The notes under the pieces were generated by a model. That model was not told where the DNA came from and did no database searches. It saw only the letters and a program-made list of their open reading frames with translations. Below, piece by piece: positions 20,511 through 29,598 of a stretch of DNA of 64,000 nt; the first letter of the stretch is position 1, and each line of letters opens with the position of its first letter. The stretch lies in the NCBI GenBank assembly GCA_963665845.2, contig OY762492.1, forward strand, positions 2,976,001 to 3,040,000. Reading direction: 5' to 3'. This stretch comes from Candidatus Poribacteria bacterium. Lineage in GTDB: Bacteria > Poribacteria > WGA-4E > GCA-2687025. A program made the position numbers and the translations under genes.

Positions 20511-20673
20511 CCTCACGTCTTAAGTTGGGACATGTCAGCATGGGAACGCGGACGTCTTCTGCAACGCCTCTAGATTCCCGCTTACGCGGGAATGACGGTT
20601 TGGTCAGCGGCGCCTTTTTCCCATGAATAGAGCGATCGTCAGTTCAAATGTCCCAACTTTCAGCATGAGGTCA
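20508..20673. mobile_element. 166-bp MITE-like element
   Basis: TIRs TGACCTCACGTCTTAAGTTGGGACAT / ATGTCCCAACTTTCAGCATGAGGTCA; central REP hairpin. Confidence 0.8.
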
Positions 20674-20717
20674 AGTTCATCTGACAGCGCCGCATGGAAC
20701 CAACATAGGCGGATCGA

Positions 20718-21599
20718 ATGCGACTAGGCATCCTCTCGCGCGCCGCCGGCGCGTACTCTACCCGCGCCTTGATGCTGGCGGCAAGCCGCGCCGGGCATCA
20801 TACAACCGTCATGGACCCGTGGAAATGCGCGCTTTACATCCGCGCAGGTTCGCCGCGCGTCATGTATGAGGGCAAATCGGTTGATCATCTGGACGCGGTC
20901 ATCGCTCGATTCGGCTCCGCGACGGCGGCATACGGCATTGAGGTACTGCGGCAGTTAGAAACCGCCGGCGCGTTGGCGTTGAACTCCGCGGCGGCGGTTG
21001 AAACGGCGCGGCATAAGTGGCGCAGCCTCCTCGCTTTTGAAAAAGCCGGCCTCCCGATTCCGCCCACCTTCACGGCGGGCGATCCAGAAGTCTTGGAAAA
21101 GTCGGTGAAACGTGTCGGCGGCTACCCGTTCATAGCGAAGCCGTTTCAAGGGACGCAGGGGTCGGGCATCATTCTCTTTGAGACGCCCGTTTCCGCAAAA
21201 TCGACCCTGTCGGCGCTGTGGAGCTTGAGCCGCAACTACATCGCGCAGCAGTTCTATCCGGAGGCGGAGGGGGTCGACATCCGCGCGATGGTGATTGGCG
21301 GAAAGGTGGAGGGGGCGATCCGCCGCGTCGCGCCGAAGGGCGAATTCCGCGCCAATCTGCACTGCGGCGGATCAGGGTATATGACGCGCATTAGCCCCAG
21401 CATGGAGCGGGTCGCCGTCGCCGCGGCGAAAGCGGTCGGACTCGGCTTCGCGGGGGTCGATATGCTGCAGGTCGGACAGAACATCTATGTGCTGGAAGCG
21501 AACCCGTCCCCAGGGCTGGAAGGCATGGAAACGGCAACCGGCATCGACATGGCGGCGCGCGTCATCCGATATGTTGAAACGCTCCTGAAAGGAAAATGA
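20718..21599 (+). CDS. rimK: RimK-family ATP-grasp ligase (alpha-L-glutamate ligase)
   Basis: GTQGSGI, DIRAMVIGG, EFRANLHCGG, GVDML, LEANPSPGLEGME. Confidence 0.8.
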   Translation: MRLGILSRAAGAYSTRALMLAASRAGHHTTVMDPWKCALYIRAGSPRVMYEGKSVDHLDAVIARFGSATAAYGIEVLRQLETAGALALNSAAAVETARHKWRSLLAFEKAGLPIPPTFTAGDPEVLEKSVKRVGGYPFIAKPFQGTQGSGIILFETPVSAKSTLSALWSLSRNYIAQQFYPEAEGVDIRAMVIGGKVEGAIRRVAPKGEFRANLHCGGSGYMTRISPSMERVAVAAAKAVGLGFAGVDMLQVGQNIYVLEANPSPGLEGMETATGIDMAARVIRYVETLLKGK

Positions 21600-21603
21600 G
21601 CGC

Positions 21604-23043
21604 ATGGCGACTCGCCCGAACATACTTTTTCTGATGACAGATCAGATGCAGGGGCGGACGGTTGAACCTGACCATCCCTGTCTGACGCCGAATTTTGATC
21701 GTCTCGCGGAACGCGGCATGCGTTTCACGCGCGCCTACACGCCCAACGCGGTCTGCTCGCCCGCCCGCGCGAGCCTCATGACGGGGCTGCTGCCGCACAC
21801 GCATGGCGTCCTTGAGGTGACCCACTGCGTCGACGACGACCAGTGCGTTCTGCGGACGGAGCATCCGCACTGGGCGCAGCGGCTTGAAGCGGCGGGCTAT
21901 CGGAACGGGTATTTCGGAAAATGGCATGTGGAGCGGTCGAACGATCTCTCCGCGTTCGGCTGGCAGACCGACTTCGGCAGCCAGAGCGCCGGCTTCCGCG
22001 CCTATAGGTCCAAGGTACAGAAAGCGGCGGGCAAGGAGCGTCTTTCCCTTTCCCGACAAAACAATCTGCCGTCCGGCTACAACAAAACGACGCTCTACGG
22101 CGTGACGAACCTCCCGCCCGAAGCGCGCGGCATGGGCGTTACAACCGACCTGGCGCTGCAGTTTCTCAATAAAGCTGTCCAAGGCTCCGACCCATGGTGT
22201 TGCTTTGCGAGCGTAACGGAGCCGCATGACCCGTTCATCGCCGGCGAGGAGGCGTTTGCGCTGTACGATCTGGACGCGCTGGAGCTGCCGCCGAATGTCC
22301 ATGACGACATGTCGGATCGGCCGGGCGTCTATCGGAAGGCGGCGCGGACCTGGGCGGATATGACCGACCGCGAGAAAAAAGAGGCTGCCGCATGCTACTA
22401 CGCCTCGATAACGGAGATCGACGCGCAATTCGGGCGGCTTCTAAACGCCGTGGAGGAGGCGGGGCAAATGGACAACACGATCGTCGTCCTGACAAGCGAC
22501 CATGGGGAGCTGCTGGGCGCGCATGGGCTGTATTGCAAGAACTTCACCGGGTTTGAGGAGGTGTACCATATCCCGCTGATGATGAGCGGTCCGGGCGTTC
22601 AACGGGGAAGCGTCAGCGCGGCGCGCGTCGGGCTGCATGACCTGGCGCCGACGCTTTTAGAGATGACGGGCGAAGAACCGATCGGCGCGCCCGATTCGCG
22701 TTCCTTCGCCTCCGCCCTGCGCGACCCCGATCAAGCGGGCGATTTTACGCAAGGGTTCGCCGAATACCATGGCGGCAGATACCGAGTGACGCAGCGCGTC
22801 GTCTGGGACGGGTCATGGAAGCTGGTTTGGAACGGGTTCGACTTTGACGAGCTGTACGACCTTGAAACCGATCCGTTTGAGATGAACAACCGCATTGACG
22901 ATCCGTCCTGTCAGGCGCGGGTCGAGTCGCTCATGCGTCATGCATGGCGCGTTGTCAGGGACACGAAGGATCGGGCGCTTTTCAATTCGCATTATCCGAT
23001 ACTGCGCCTCGCCCCCGTCGGACCGAACATCTTGGACGAGTAG
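21604..23043 (+). CDS. Formylglycine-dependent sulfatase
   Basis: RPNILFLMTDQ, CSPARASLMTG, GKWH, TSDHGE, ELYDLETDPFE. Confidence 0.93.
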   Translation: MATRPNILFLMTDQMQGRTVEPDHPCLTPNFDRLAERGMRFTRAYTPNAVCSPARASLMTGLLPHTHGVLEVTHCVDDDQCVLRTEHPHWAQRLEAAGYRNGYFGKWHVERSNDLSAFGWQTDFGSQSAGFRAYRSKVQKAAGKERLSLSRQNNLPSGYNKTTLYGVTNLPPEARGMGVTTDLALQFLNKAVQGSDPWCCFASVTEPHDPFIAGEEAFALYDLDALELPPNVHDDMSDRPGVYRKAARTWADMTDREKKEAAACYYASITEIDAQFGRLLNAVEEAGQMDNTIVVLTSDHGELLGAHGLYCKNFTGFEEVYHIPLMMSGPGVQRGSVSAARVGLHDLAPTLLEMTGEEPIGAPDSRSFASALRDPDQAGDFTQGFAEYHGGRYRVTQRVVWDGSWKLVWNGFDFDELYDLETDPFEMNNRIDDPSCQARVESLMRHAWRVVRDTKDRALFNSHYPILRLAPVGPNILDE

Positions 23044-23059
23044 CGGACGTTCTTTAAAG

Positions 23060-23375
23060 CGGGAATCTTATGGAAAAAGGCTTCGCCAACCAGACCGTCA
23101 TTCCCGCGTAAGCGGGAATCTTAGCCGCGGTGTCGTCTGAACTAGGATTGCCAAGATTGAAAAGATTGCCAAGAAAATTCCCGCGCCGCTCTCTTGGGAA
23201 TCTTAATCATCCTTCAATCTTAGTTCAAAACCAAACGCAACCCGCGTTCACCTCAAACGTCCGGCGGACAATTCGTCATTCCCGCGCAAGCGGGAATGAC
23301 GAATAGCCCAATAACAGCGGTCGGGGCGCGGTTTCTGGACTCCCCCCTTGAAAAGGGGGGCTGGGGGGTTTTAGT
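23060..23375. repeat. Mosaic intergenic repeat cluster
   Basis: MITE fragment, two REP hairpins, GATTGCCAAGATTGAAAAGATTGCC module, CCCCCCTTGAAAAGGGGGG hairpin. Confidence 0.8.
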
Positions 23376-23459
23376 TCCGTGCGCGGAATCACGATTAGCA
23401 TAACTCAAACGGGATTTTCGTCGTCATCGCCTGTAGAGACTGCCCCAGAAATTTTTTCA

Positions 23460-23488
23460 TTGCCATCGCCGCCGTTCTGTTTTACAAT
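23460..23488 (+). promoter_or_regulatory. Putative sigma70 promoter for larA-like/minCDE
   Basis: TTGCCA-17 bp-TACAAT. Confidence 0.55.
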
Positions 23489-23612
23489 AAGGCAAATTAG
23501 CAGGATCGGGCGCGTGTGGGCGGGTCATGTCATTAAATGAAACGCCGCCGCGCCGCTCCAACGTTTGTTATGTGTGGAATCTATCCCATGCGGCAAGACA
23601 GGCGGCGGCAAT

Positions 23613-24896
23613 ATGCAACTTGAAATGCGATACGGACGCGCAGGACGGGCGGTGCGCTTCCCCCAACGTCAAACCTCCGTACTGCGCATGAGGCGCAGCG
23701 AGCCGCTGAAAGACCCCCTCGCGGAACTGGAGCATGCGCTGGCGAACCCCATTGAAGCGCCCCCGCTCGCCGAGACGGCGCGCGGACGCAGCAACGCCTG
23801 CGTCGTCATCTCCGACATCACCCGCCCCGTTCCCAACCGACTCATCCTCCCCCCCATTCTCCGAACCCTCGAAGAAGCGGGCATACCGCGCGACCGAATA
23901 CTCATCCTCATCGCAACGGGAATCCACCGCCCCAACGAGGGCGAGGAGCTGATCGAGCTGGTCGGCGAAGAAATCGCCGCCGCCTACCGCATTGAGAACC
24001 ATGACGGGCTGAACCTGGAAAGCCACCGTCTTATCGGCGAGACGCTGGACAGCGCGCCTGTTCTGATCGATGAGCGGTTTTGCGCCGCCGACCTTAAAAT
24101 CACCACCGCTCTCATTGAGCCGCACCTGATGGCGGGCTATTCAGGCGGGCGCAAGGCGGTCTGCCCTGGCTTGGCGTCGATTGAAACGATGAAGACGCTG
24201 CACGGACCGGAGCTGCTGTCGCATCCGAAGGCGGCGGCGGGGGTACTGGACGGCAACCCGTTTCATGAGGAGGCGCTGCGCATCGCACGTTTGGCGGGAG
24301 TCGATTTTAGCCTGAATACGGCGCTGGACGAGAAGCGCCGTCTCGTCGGCGTCTTTGCGGGTGAGATCGACGCCGCGCACCGCCAAGGATGCGCCTTTGC
24401 CGCGGAGCGCGCCGCCGTTGAAACGGAGCCTGCCGACATTGTTGTAACAACCTCCGCCGGCTACCCGCTGGACCAGACCTTTTATCAGGCAGTGAAAGGG
24501 CCGGCGGGCGCGCTGGAGGCGGTCAAGCCGGGAGGAAGCATCCTGCTCATGGCGGAATGCGGCGAAGGCCTCGGCAGCGAACCGTTCCAACGACTCATCC
24601 TCGGCTCCGAAAGCTTAGAGGCGTTTGAAAAACGGCTGTACCATGGCGGGCATTTCTCCATCGACCAGTGGCAGCTGCAGGAGCTTGCAAAAATATCCCA
24701 GAAAGCGGACATCTACCTGTTCAGCGAGGGCATTCCGTTTGACGAACAGAAGCGGCTGTTCGTCAAGCCGGTTCGAACGCCCGAAGACGGCATCGAAGAG
24801 CTGTTGGAACGGTATGGACGCGGCGCGCGGCTCAACGCCATTCCCGAAGGACCGTATGTCCTTCCCGTCGCAGCCGAAAAGGAGGCAGGCAGATGA
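23613..24896 (+). CDS. larA: Nickel-pincer-dependent lactate racemase (LarA) family protein
   Basis: SDITRPVP, IATGIHR, IEPHLMAGYSGGRK, GYPLDQTFYQAVKG motifs. Substrate not determinable. Confidence 0.82.
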   Translation: MQLEMRYGRAGRAVRFPQRQTSVLRMRRSEPLKDPLAELEHALANPIEAPPLAETARGRSNACVVISDITRPVPNRLILPPILRTLEEAGIPRDRILILIATGIHRPNEGEELIELVGEEIAAAYRIENHDGLNLESHRLIGETLDSAPVLIDERFCAADLKITTALIEPHLMAGYSGGRKAVCPGLASIETMKTLHGPELLSHPKAAAGVLDGNPFHEEALRIARLAGVDFSLNTALDEKRRLVGVFAGEIDAAHRQGCAFAAERAAVETEPADIVVTTSAGYPLDQTFYQAVKGPAGALEAVKPGGSILLMAECGEGLGSEPFQRLILGSESLEAFEKRLYHGGHFSIDQWQLQELAKISQKADIYLFSEGIPFDEQKRLFVKPVRTPEDGIEELLERYGRGARLNAIPEGPYVLPVAAEKEAGR

Positions 24897-25609
24897 ATAA
24901 CCGCAAATCGATTTTGGTGCGCGGATGCACAGGCGGTCTGTTTATCACGGTCGACGACTCCATCGATTCTAAGGAGCTGAACGACCTCGTCATGGAGCGC
25001 ATACGGCGCGTCGGTCCCGAAATCAGAGGCGAATCGATCATTCTGGAGGTGGACAAGCGCGCCATGGACAGCGACGCGCTCCAATCGTTTCAGATGCGGC
25101 TCAACGAAGAATTCGGCATGTCGGTTCAGCAGCTGATCACCAAATCGGACGCGACGCGCGAAGCGGCAAAAGAGCTGCGCATCCGTTCCGCCCCTGTTTT
25201 CACCACGGGGCGCGACCCGCAGGCGGACACGGTGAGCGTCCCGTACACGCTGCGGTCGGGCGAATTCAAACGCAACCCGCGCGGCAATATCCTGATATTA
25301 GGCGATGTGAACCCTGGCGCGGAGGTGTCCGCCTCCGGCGATGTGATCGTCATGGGAACGCTCTGGGGCGTCGCCACCGCGGGGGCGCTCGGCGACGAAA
25401 CGGCGGTCGTCATCTCCTTAAACATGCAGGCGACGCAGCTGCGAATCGCGGGGCATTACGCTTACGCCCGCTCGCCCAAAAACTCGGAGAGAGAGCTGAA
25501 TCCGGAGGTCGCCCTTCTTGAAAACGGAGAAATTGTGGTGCGAAACTTTATCGAATTCAATCTGTTAGAGCGAGAGGTCAAAAAATCATGGGGCGGGTTA
25601 TCGTCGTAA
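24893..25609 (+). CDS. minC: Septum site-determining protein MinC
   Basis: TLRSG...LILGDVNPGAEVSASGDVIVMGTLWG.A.AG beta-helix; upstream of minD. Confidence 0.88.
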   Translation: MNNRKSILVRGCTGGLFITVDDSIDSKELNDLVMERIRRVGPEIRGESIILEVDKRAMDSDALQSFQMRLNEEFGMSVQQLITKSDATREAAKELRIRSAPVFTTGRDPQADTVSVPYTLRSGEFKRNPRGNILILGDVNPGAEVSASGDVIVMGTLWGVATAGALGDETAVVISLNMQATQLRIAGHYAYARSPKNSERELNPEVALLENGEIVVRNFIEFNLLEREVKKSWGGLSS

Positions 25610-26382
25610 CATCTGGAAAGGGCGGGGTCGGAAAAACAACCGTCTCCGCAAATCTAGGTACCGCGCTTGCCATGCTGGAGCAAAGCACGGTCATCGTTGA
25701 CGCCGACATCGGCTTGCGCAACCTAGACCTTGTCATGGGGCTGGAAAACCGCGTCGTCTTCAATTCGCTGCACGTCATGGAAGGCGAATGCAAGCTGGAG
25801 AGCGCCCTTGTCAAAGACAAACGAGTCGAAAACCTGTACCTGTTAGCCGCCCCGCAAAGCCGCAACAAGGACGACGTCGAACCTGAAAACATGGAGAAAA
25901 TGGTCAAGCAGCTCTCCGAAAAGTTCGACTTCGTCATCATCGATTGTCCGGCGGGCATCGAGCAGGGGTTCCAAAACGCGGTCATCGGAGCGAAGGAGGC
26001 GCTGGTCATCGTCACCCCGGAGGTCTCCTCGGTGCGCGACGCCGACAGGGTCATCGGACTGCTCCAGGCGACCGGCATCGAAAGCTTGAGTTATGTTCTG
26101 AACAGGCTGTCGCAGCAGCTTGTCGACAGGGGAGACATGCTGAGCCAGCCGGATGTGCAGGAGATTTTGCGCGTTCCGATCATCGGCGTGATTCCTGAAG
26201 ACCATCACATCACCGCCTCAACAAATGTGGGAAAGCCGCTCGCCATTGAGGGCGGAACGCCCGCCGGGGACGCTTTCGGGCGAATCGCCCGCCGCGTTCT
26301 CGGCGAGAAAGTGCCGGTGCCGGAATTTCGATACGAAGGTAAAATGGCGCGGTTCTGGAAATGGATCTCCGGAAACAACTAG
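25588..26382 (+). CDS. minD: Septum site-determining ATPase MinD
   Basis: TSGKGGVGKTT, DADIGLRNLDLVMGLENR, DCPAGIEQG, SSVRDADR, C-terminal amphipathic helix. Confidence 0.96.
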   Translation: MGRVIVVTSGKGGVGKTTVSANLGTALAMLEQSTVIVDADIGLRNLDLVMGLENRVVFNSLHVMEGECKLESALVKDKRVENLYLLAAPQSRNKDDVEPENMEKMVKQLSEKFDFVIIDCPAGIEQGFQNAVIGAKEALVIVTPEVSSVRDADRVIGLLQATGIESLSYVLNRLSQQLVDRGDMLSQPDVQEILRVPIIGVIPEDHHITASTNVGKPLAIEGGTPAGDAFGRIARRVLGEKVPVPEFRYEGKMARFWKWISGNN

Positions 26383-26406
26383 ACGCAACACCAAAGAGAG
26401 AGCAAC

Positions 26407-26691
26407 ATGGGAGCATGGACTGATAATTTTTGGGCGATGCTTGGTCGGAAAAAGAAAAAAAACTCTAACGATGTGGCGCGTGAACGGCTGCTCAGCGTTC
26501 TGCAAATGGACAGAGCGGCTGTCAACCTGCTTTCGATAAACGTCAACTTCGACGCCATGTGCGCCGATTTGGCGGATGTGGTCGCGCGGCATCTACATAT
26601 GACCCCAAAAGACGTTGTGATCGATTACACCAAGGGCGAAAACCGCGTCTTTTTTGAAGCTGGGCTGCGGGAAAGCCGGCGCGGCGAATGA
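26407..26691 (+). CDS. minE: Cell division topological specificity factor MinE (divergent)
   Basis: Lies after minD; N-terminal membrane-targeting segment and VARERLLSVLQMDR contact helix. Confidence 0.7.
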   Translation: MGAWTDNFWAMLGRKKKKNSNDVARERLLSVLQMDRAAVNLLSINVNFDAMCADLADVVARHLHMTPKDVVIDYTKGENRVFFEAGLRESRRGE

Positions 26692-26720
26692 ACGTAACGT
26701 GAACCCGCAAGGGGGAGATC

Positions 26721-26886
26721 TGACCTCATGCAGAGAGTTGAGACATTTGAACTGACGATCGCTCTATTCATGGGAAAAAGGCGCCGCCGACCAGACCGTC
26801 ATTCCCGCGTAAGCGGGAATCTAGGGGCGCCGCAGAAGACGTCCGCGTTCGCCAAGCGAAATGTCCCAACTCTTGACGTAAGGTCA
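26721..26886. mobile_element. 166-bp MITE-like element
   Basis: TGACCTCATGCAGAGAGTTGAGACAT ... ATGTCCCAACTCTTGACGTAAGGTCA. Confidence 0.8.
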
Positions 26887-26897
26887 GGGAGCTGATC

Positions 26898-28049
26898 ATG
26901 CCCGCTAAAATACTGGTCGTCGATGACGAACCTGACATCCTTGACCTGGTGGAGCTGTCGGTCGCTTCCGAGGGCTTTGACGTCATCAAGGCGACCAACG
27001 GAGAAGAGGCGCTTCAACAAGCGGAGCGCGACAGCCCGGACCTGATCCTGCTCGACATCAGCATGCCGGGAATGGACGGGTTTGAAACGCTGGAGGCTCT
27101 GCGGGAGAATCCGCATACGAAAGGGATACCGGTTATTCTACTCACGGCGCGCGCCCAGATCAGCGACAAGCTGCGCGGCATCAGCTCCGGCGCCGAAGAT
27201 TACATCACAAAGCCGTTCAATCCGAGCGAGCTGATTGAGCGCGTCAAAAGCTCTTTGAAAGACCCAGAGCCGTCTGGCGCGCGCGTCGATACGCTGAAAA
27301 ACTGGTCGGGCGAGATCACCCAGCTAGCGCAGCACCTGGAGGCGGCAAGCGAAATACAGCGCGCTTTGCTTCCAAAAGAGGCTCCGTCGGCGCCCGGTCT
27401 GGACATCGCCGGCGACCATCAAAGTTCGCTCAACGTCTCCGGCGACTTTTACGACTTTCTCGCCCTTGAAAACGGGCAATGGGGAATCGCCATCGCGGAC
27501 ATCAAGGGTAAAGGAATACCCGCGGCGCTGCTCATGGTCATGGCGAGAACGGCGCTGCGCATCGCCGCGCGCGAGCTGAAACCGCCGAATGAAACGCTTA
27601 AAACGGTGAACGATTTTCTGGCGGACGAGACGGAAGCGGACCTGTTCGCCACGATGGTGTATGCGGTGGTGAACCCCAGAACGCGCTCCTTCGCTTACTC
27701 GAACGGGGGGCATAATTATCCGATCTTGGCGCGCGGCGACGGAAACCTGCGCTATCTCAAAGAGGGCGGACCGCTGGTCGGCTCCTTCCCAGAGGCGCAG
27801 TTTGAAACCGAAACGATACAGCTGGAAACGGGCGACCGCATCCTGCTGTACACGGACGGCGCTGCCGATATGCTGAACGAACAGGGAGAGCCGTTTGGAG
27901 AGGAGCGGCTTGCCGACATCGTTCAGACCGCTTCGAGCATGGACGCCCATGAGCTGTGCGCCGCCGTGCGGGAGCGGTTGAAGCAGTACAACCCGGACCC
28001 GAACCTTGCGGACGATATGACGATCGTCGCCGTCCACGCCTCTCCGTAA
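26898..28049 (+). CDS. Response regulator receiver fused to PP2C/SpoIIE phosphatase (RsbU-like)
   Basis: ILVVDDE, LLDISMPGMDG, KPF receiver motifs; SGDFYD, IADIKGKG, LYTDG, DDMT phosphatase motifs. Confidence 0.92.
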   Translation: MPAKILVVDDEPDILDLVELSVASEGFDVIKATNGEEALQQAERDSPDLILLDISMPGMDGFETLEALRENPHTKGIPVILLTARAQISDKLRGISSGAEDYITKPFNPSELIERVKSSLKDPEPSGARVDTLKNWSGEITQLAQHLEAASEIQRALLPKEAPSAPGLDIAGDHQSSLNVSGDFYDFLALENGQWGIAIADIKGKGIPAALLMVMARTALRIAARELKPPNETLKTVNDFLADETEADLFATMVYAVVNPRTRSFAYSNGGHNYPILARGDGNLRYLKEGGPLVGSFPEAQFETETIQLETGDRILLYTDGAADMLNEQGEPFGEERLADIVQTASSMDAHELCAAVRERLKQYNPDPNLADDMTIVAVHASP

Positions 28050-28063
28050 AGAAACAAGACGCG

Positions 28064-28516
28064 GTGAGATTTGAGCATTTTATTCAGCCCCTTCCGAAAA
28101 GCGGGGAGCGCGTTCAGACGATAGCGGCGGCGTTTCCAAGCGCGCTGAAGTATGTTCCCGCGCTTGAAGCGATGGTGCATTCGCTTGCGCGGGCGTTGTC
28201 GTTTGACGAACGGGGCGCCAACGAAATCGCCGCCGCCGCCGTTGAAGGAGCGATGAACGCCCTTCAGCACGGCAACCAGAAAGACATCTCTAAAAACATC
28301 TTCCTTGCCGCCATCGTGGAGCCGAACCGACTCACCATCAAGATCAAGGACGAAGGCGCCGGTTTTGATGTGGAAAAGGTCGAAGATCCGCGCGAGGGGG
28401 ATCGAATCTGGAAAGACAGCGGGCGCGGCATCCTCATCATGCGCTATTATATGGACAGCGTCTCGTACGACCCGAAGGGCGTAGAGCTGACGCTGGTAAA
28501 GAAACGGCCTCGTTGA
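28064..28516 (+). CDS. Anti-sigma factor Ser kinase (RsbW-like HATPase)
   Basis: EGAMNALQHGN, IKDEGAGFD, SGRGILIMRYYMD; GTG start inferred. Confidence 0.88.
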   Translation: MRFEHFIQPLPKSGERVQTIAAAFPSALKYVPALEAMVHSLARALSFDERGANEIAAAAVEGAMNALQHGNQKDISKNIFLAAIVEPNRLTIKIKDEGAGFDVEKVEDPREGDRIWKDSGRGILIMRYYMDSVSYDPKGVELTLVKKRPR

Positions 28517-28540
28517 ACAATTTGGAGGGCGCGGATCGAA

Positions 28541-28924
28541 ATGAAACTGCGCATACGTCAAGAAGAGAACGGATGGGTGGCGCAAGTGGAAGGCAAGGTG
28601 ATCGCCCAAGAAAGCGTCAAACTGGGGCGTAAACTGGAAGAAACGATCCTGAACGCGCAGGAAAGCAGCCCGAATATCGTCGTGAATGTGGCGCAAACGG
28701 CGTATCTGGACAGCCAGGGACTCGGCGCTCTCGTCCGGGCGCGGCAGAGCGTTCAGGCGCGCGGCGGGCTGATGGCGCTCTCGGAGGCGCCGCAGCATAT
28801 CCTGCGCCTGCTGGAGATCACCAAGCTAAGCCAGATCATACCGGCGTATCCGAACGACGCGGCGGCGCTGAAAGCGATGCGCGCTCAAGCGGACGGCGGC
28901 GCGTCAACGCCGACGACCGCATGA
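28541..28924 (+). CDS. STAS-domain anti-anti-sigma factor (RsbV/SpoIIAA-like)
   Basis: YLDSQGLGALV phospho-Ser motif, RLLEITKL. Confidence 0.88.
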   Translation: MKLRIRQEENGWVAQVEGKVIAQESVKLGRKLEETILNAQESSPNIVVNVAQTAYLDSQGLGALVRARQSVQARGGLMALSEAPQHILRLLEITKLSQIIPAYPNDAAALKAMRAQADGGASTPTTA

Positions 28925-29598
28925 ACGAGCGCGAACGAAGCCCCATACCGGACGGCGTCTGGATCCAATGCGGCGAATGCGGCGAGGCGATCTTCGCGCG
29001 CGAATTTGAACGGGCGGGAAAAGTATGCCCCCACTGCGGTCAGCATGACGCGCTGAACGCCGCCGAACGCGCCGCGTATGTCCTGGATGAGTTCGATGAA
29101 GAGTCGGACGCGGACGGGCGTCCGTCGGGTCCGTTTCATACGGTGGGCGAGATCGCCGGCTTTCCGGCGGCGGTTGCCGTGATCGACGCCGAGTCGGCGG
29201 GGGTTTCTTCCGGCGGGCTGTTTCGTTCGGTCGCCGAGCTGGCGGGGTTGTCGAAGCCGCTCATTGTGTTTGCCGCCAACGGTACAGGGGCGGGTGAAGA
29301 GAGCGCCGAGCCGCGCCTTCGACTCACGCGCGCCCTGAAACGGCTCGGAGAGGAACGGCTGCCGTACATACTGGTCGTCACGGACGGGTCTGAAGAGGAC
29401 GGGTACCGCGCCTTTCTGCCGCCCGGCGACATCGTTTTGGCGGAAACGGGCAAACGCAAGGAGGCGGAGAACCCGCTGGAATCGGCGCATCCGCATATCG
29501 ACAGCTTTTTGACGCGCCATGAGCTGAACGAGACGCTGCCCAAACTGCTCGCCTTTTTCCGACAACGCGGGAGCGAAGATGGCGCACGTCCGAATTGA
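28921..29598 (+). CDS. Degenerate AccD-like protein (zinc finger plus shortened carboxyltransferase-beta fold)
   Basis: PDGVWIQCGEC...VCPHC zinc ribbon as in AccD, and LPYILVVTD. Lacks the GGS(M)G and SGGARMQE motifs. Confidence 0.6.
   Translation: MNERERSPIPDGVWIQCGECGEAIFAREFERAGKVCPHCGQHDALNAAERAAYVLDEFDEESDADGRPSGPFHTVGEIAGFPAAVAVIDAESAGVSSGGLFRSVAELAGLSKPLIVFAANGTGAGEESAEPRLRLTRALKRLGEERLPYILVVTDGSEEDGYRAFLPPGDIVLAETGKRKEAENPLESAHPHIDSFLTRHELNETLPKLLAFFRQRGSEDGARPN

Noticed and set aside
19032-20516. 494-aa antisense ORF over xylA, and similar long shadow ORFs (34860..36107, 48018..49343, 14868..15947)
   Set aside because: They fully overlap well-supported genes on the opposite strand, as expected from GC-rich codon bias, and show no motifs.
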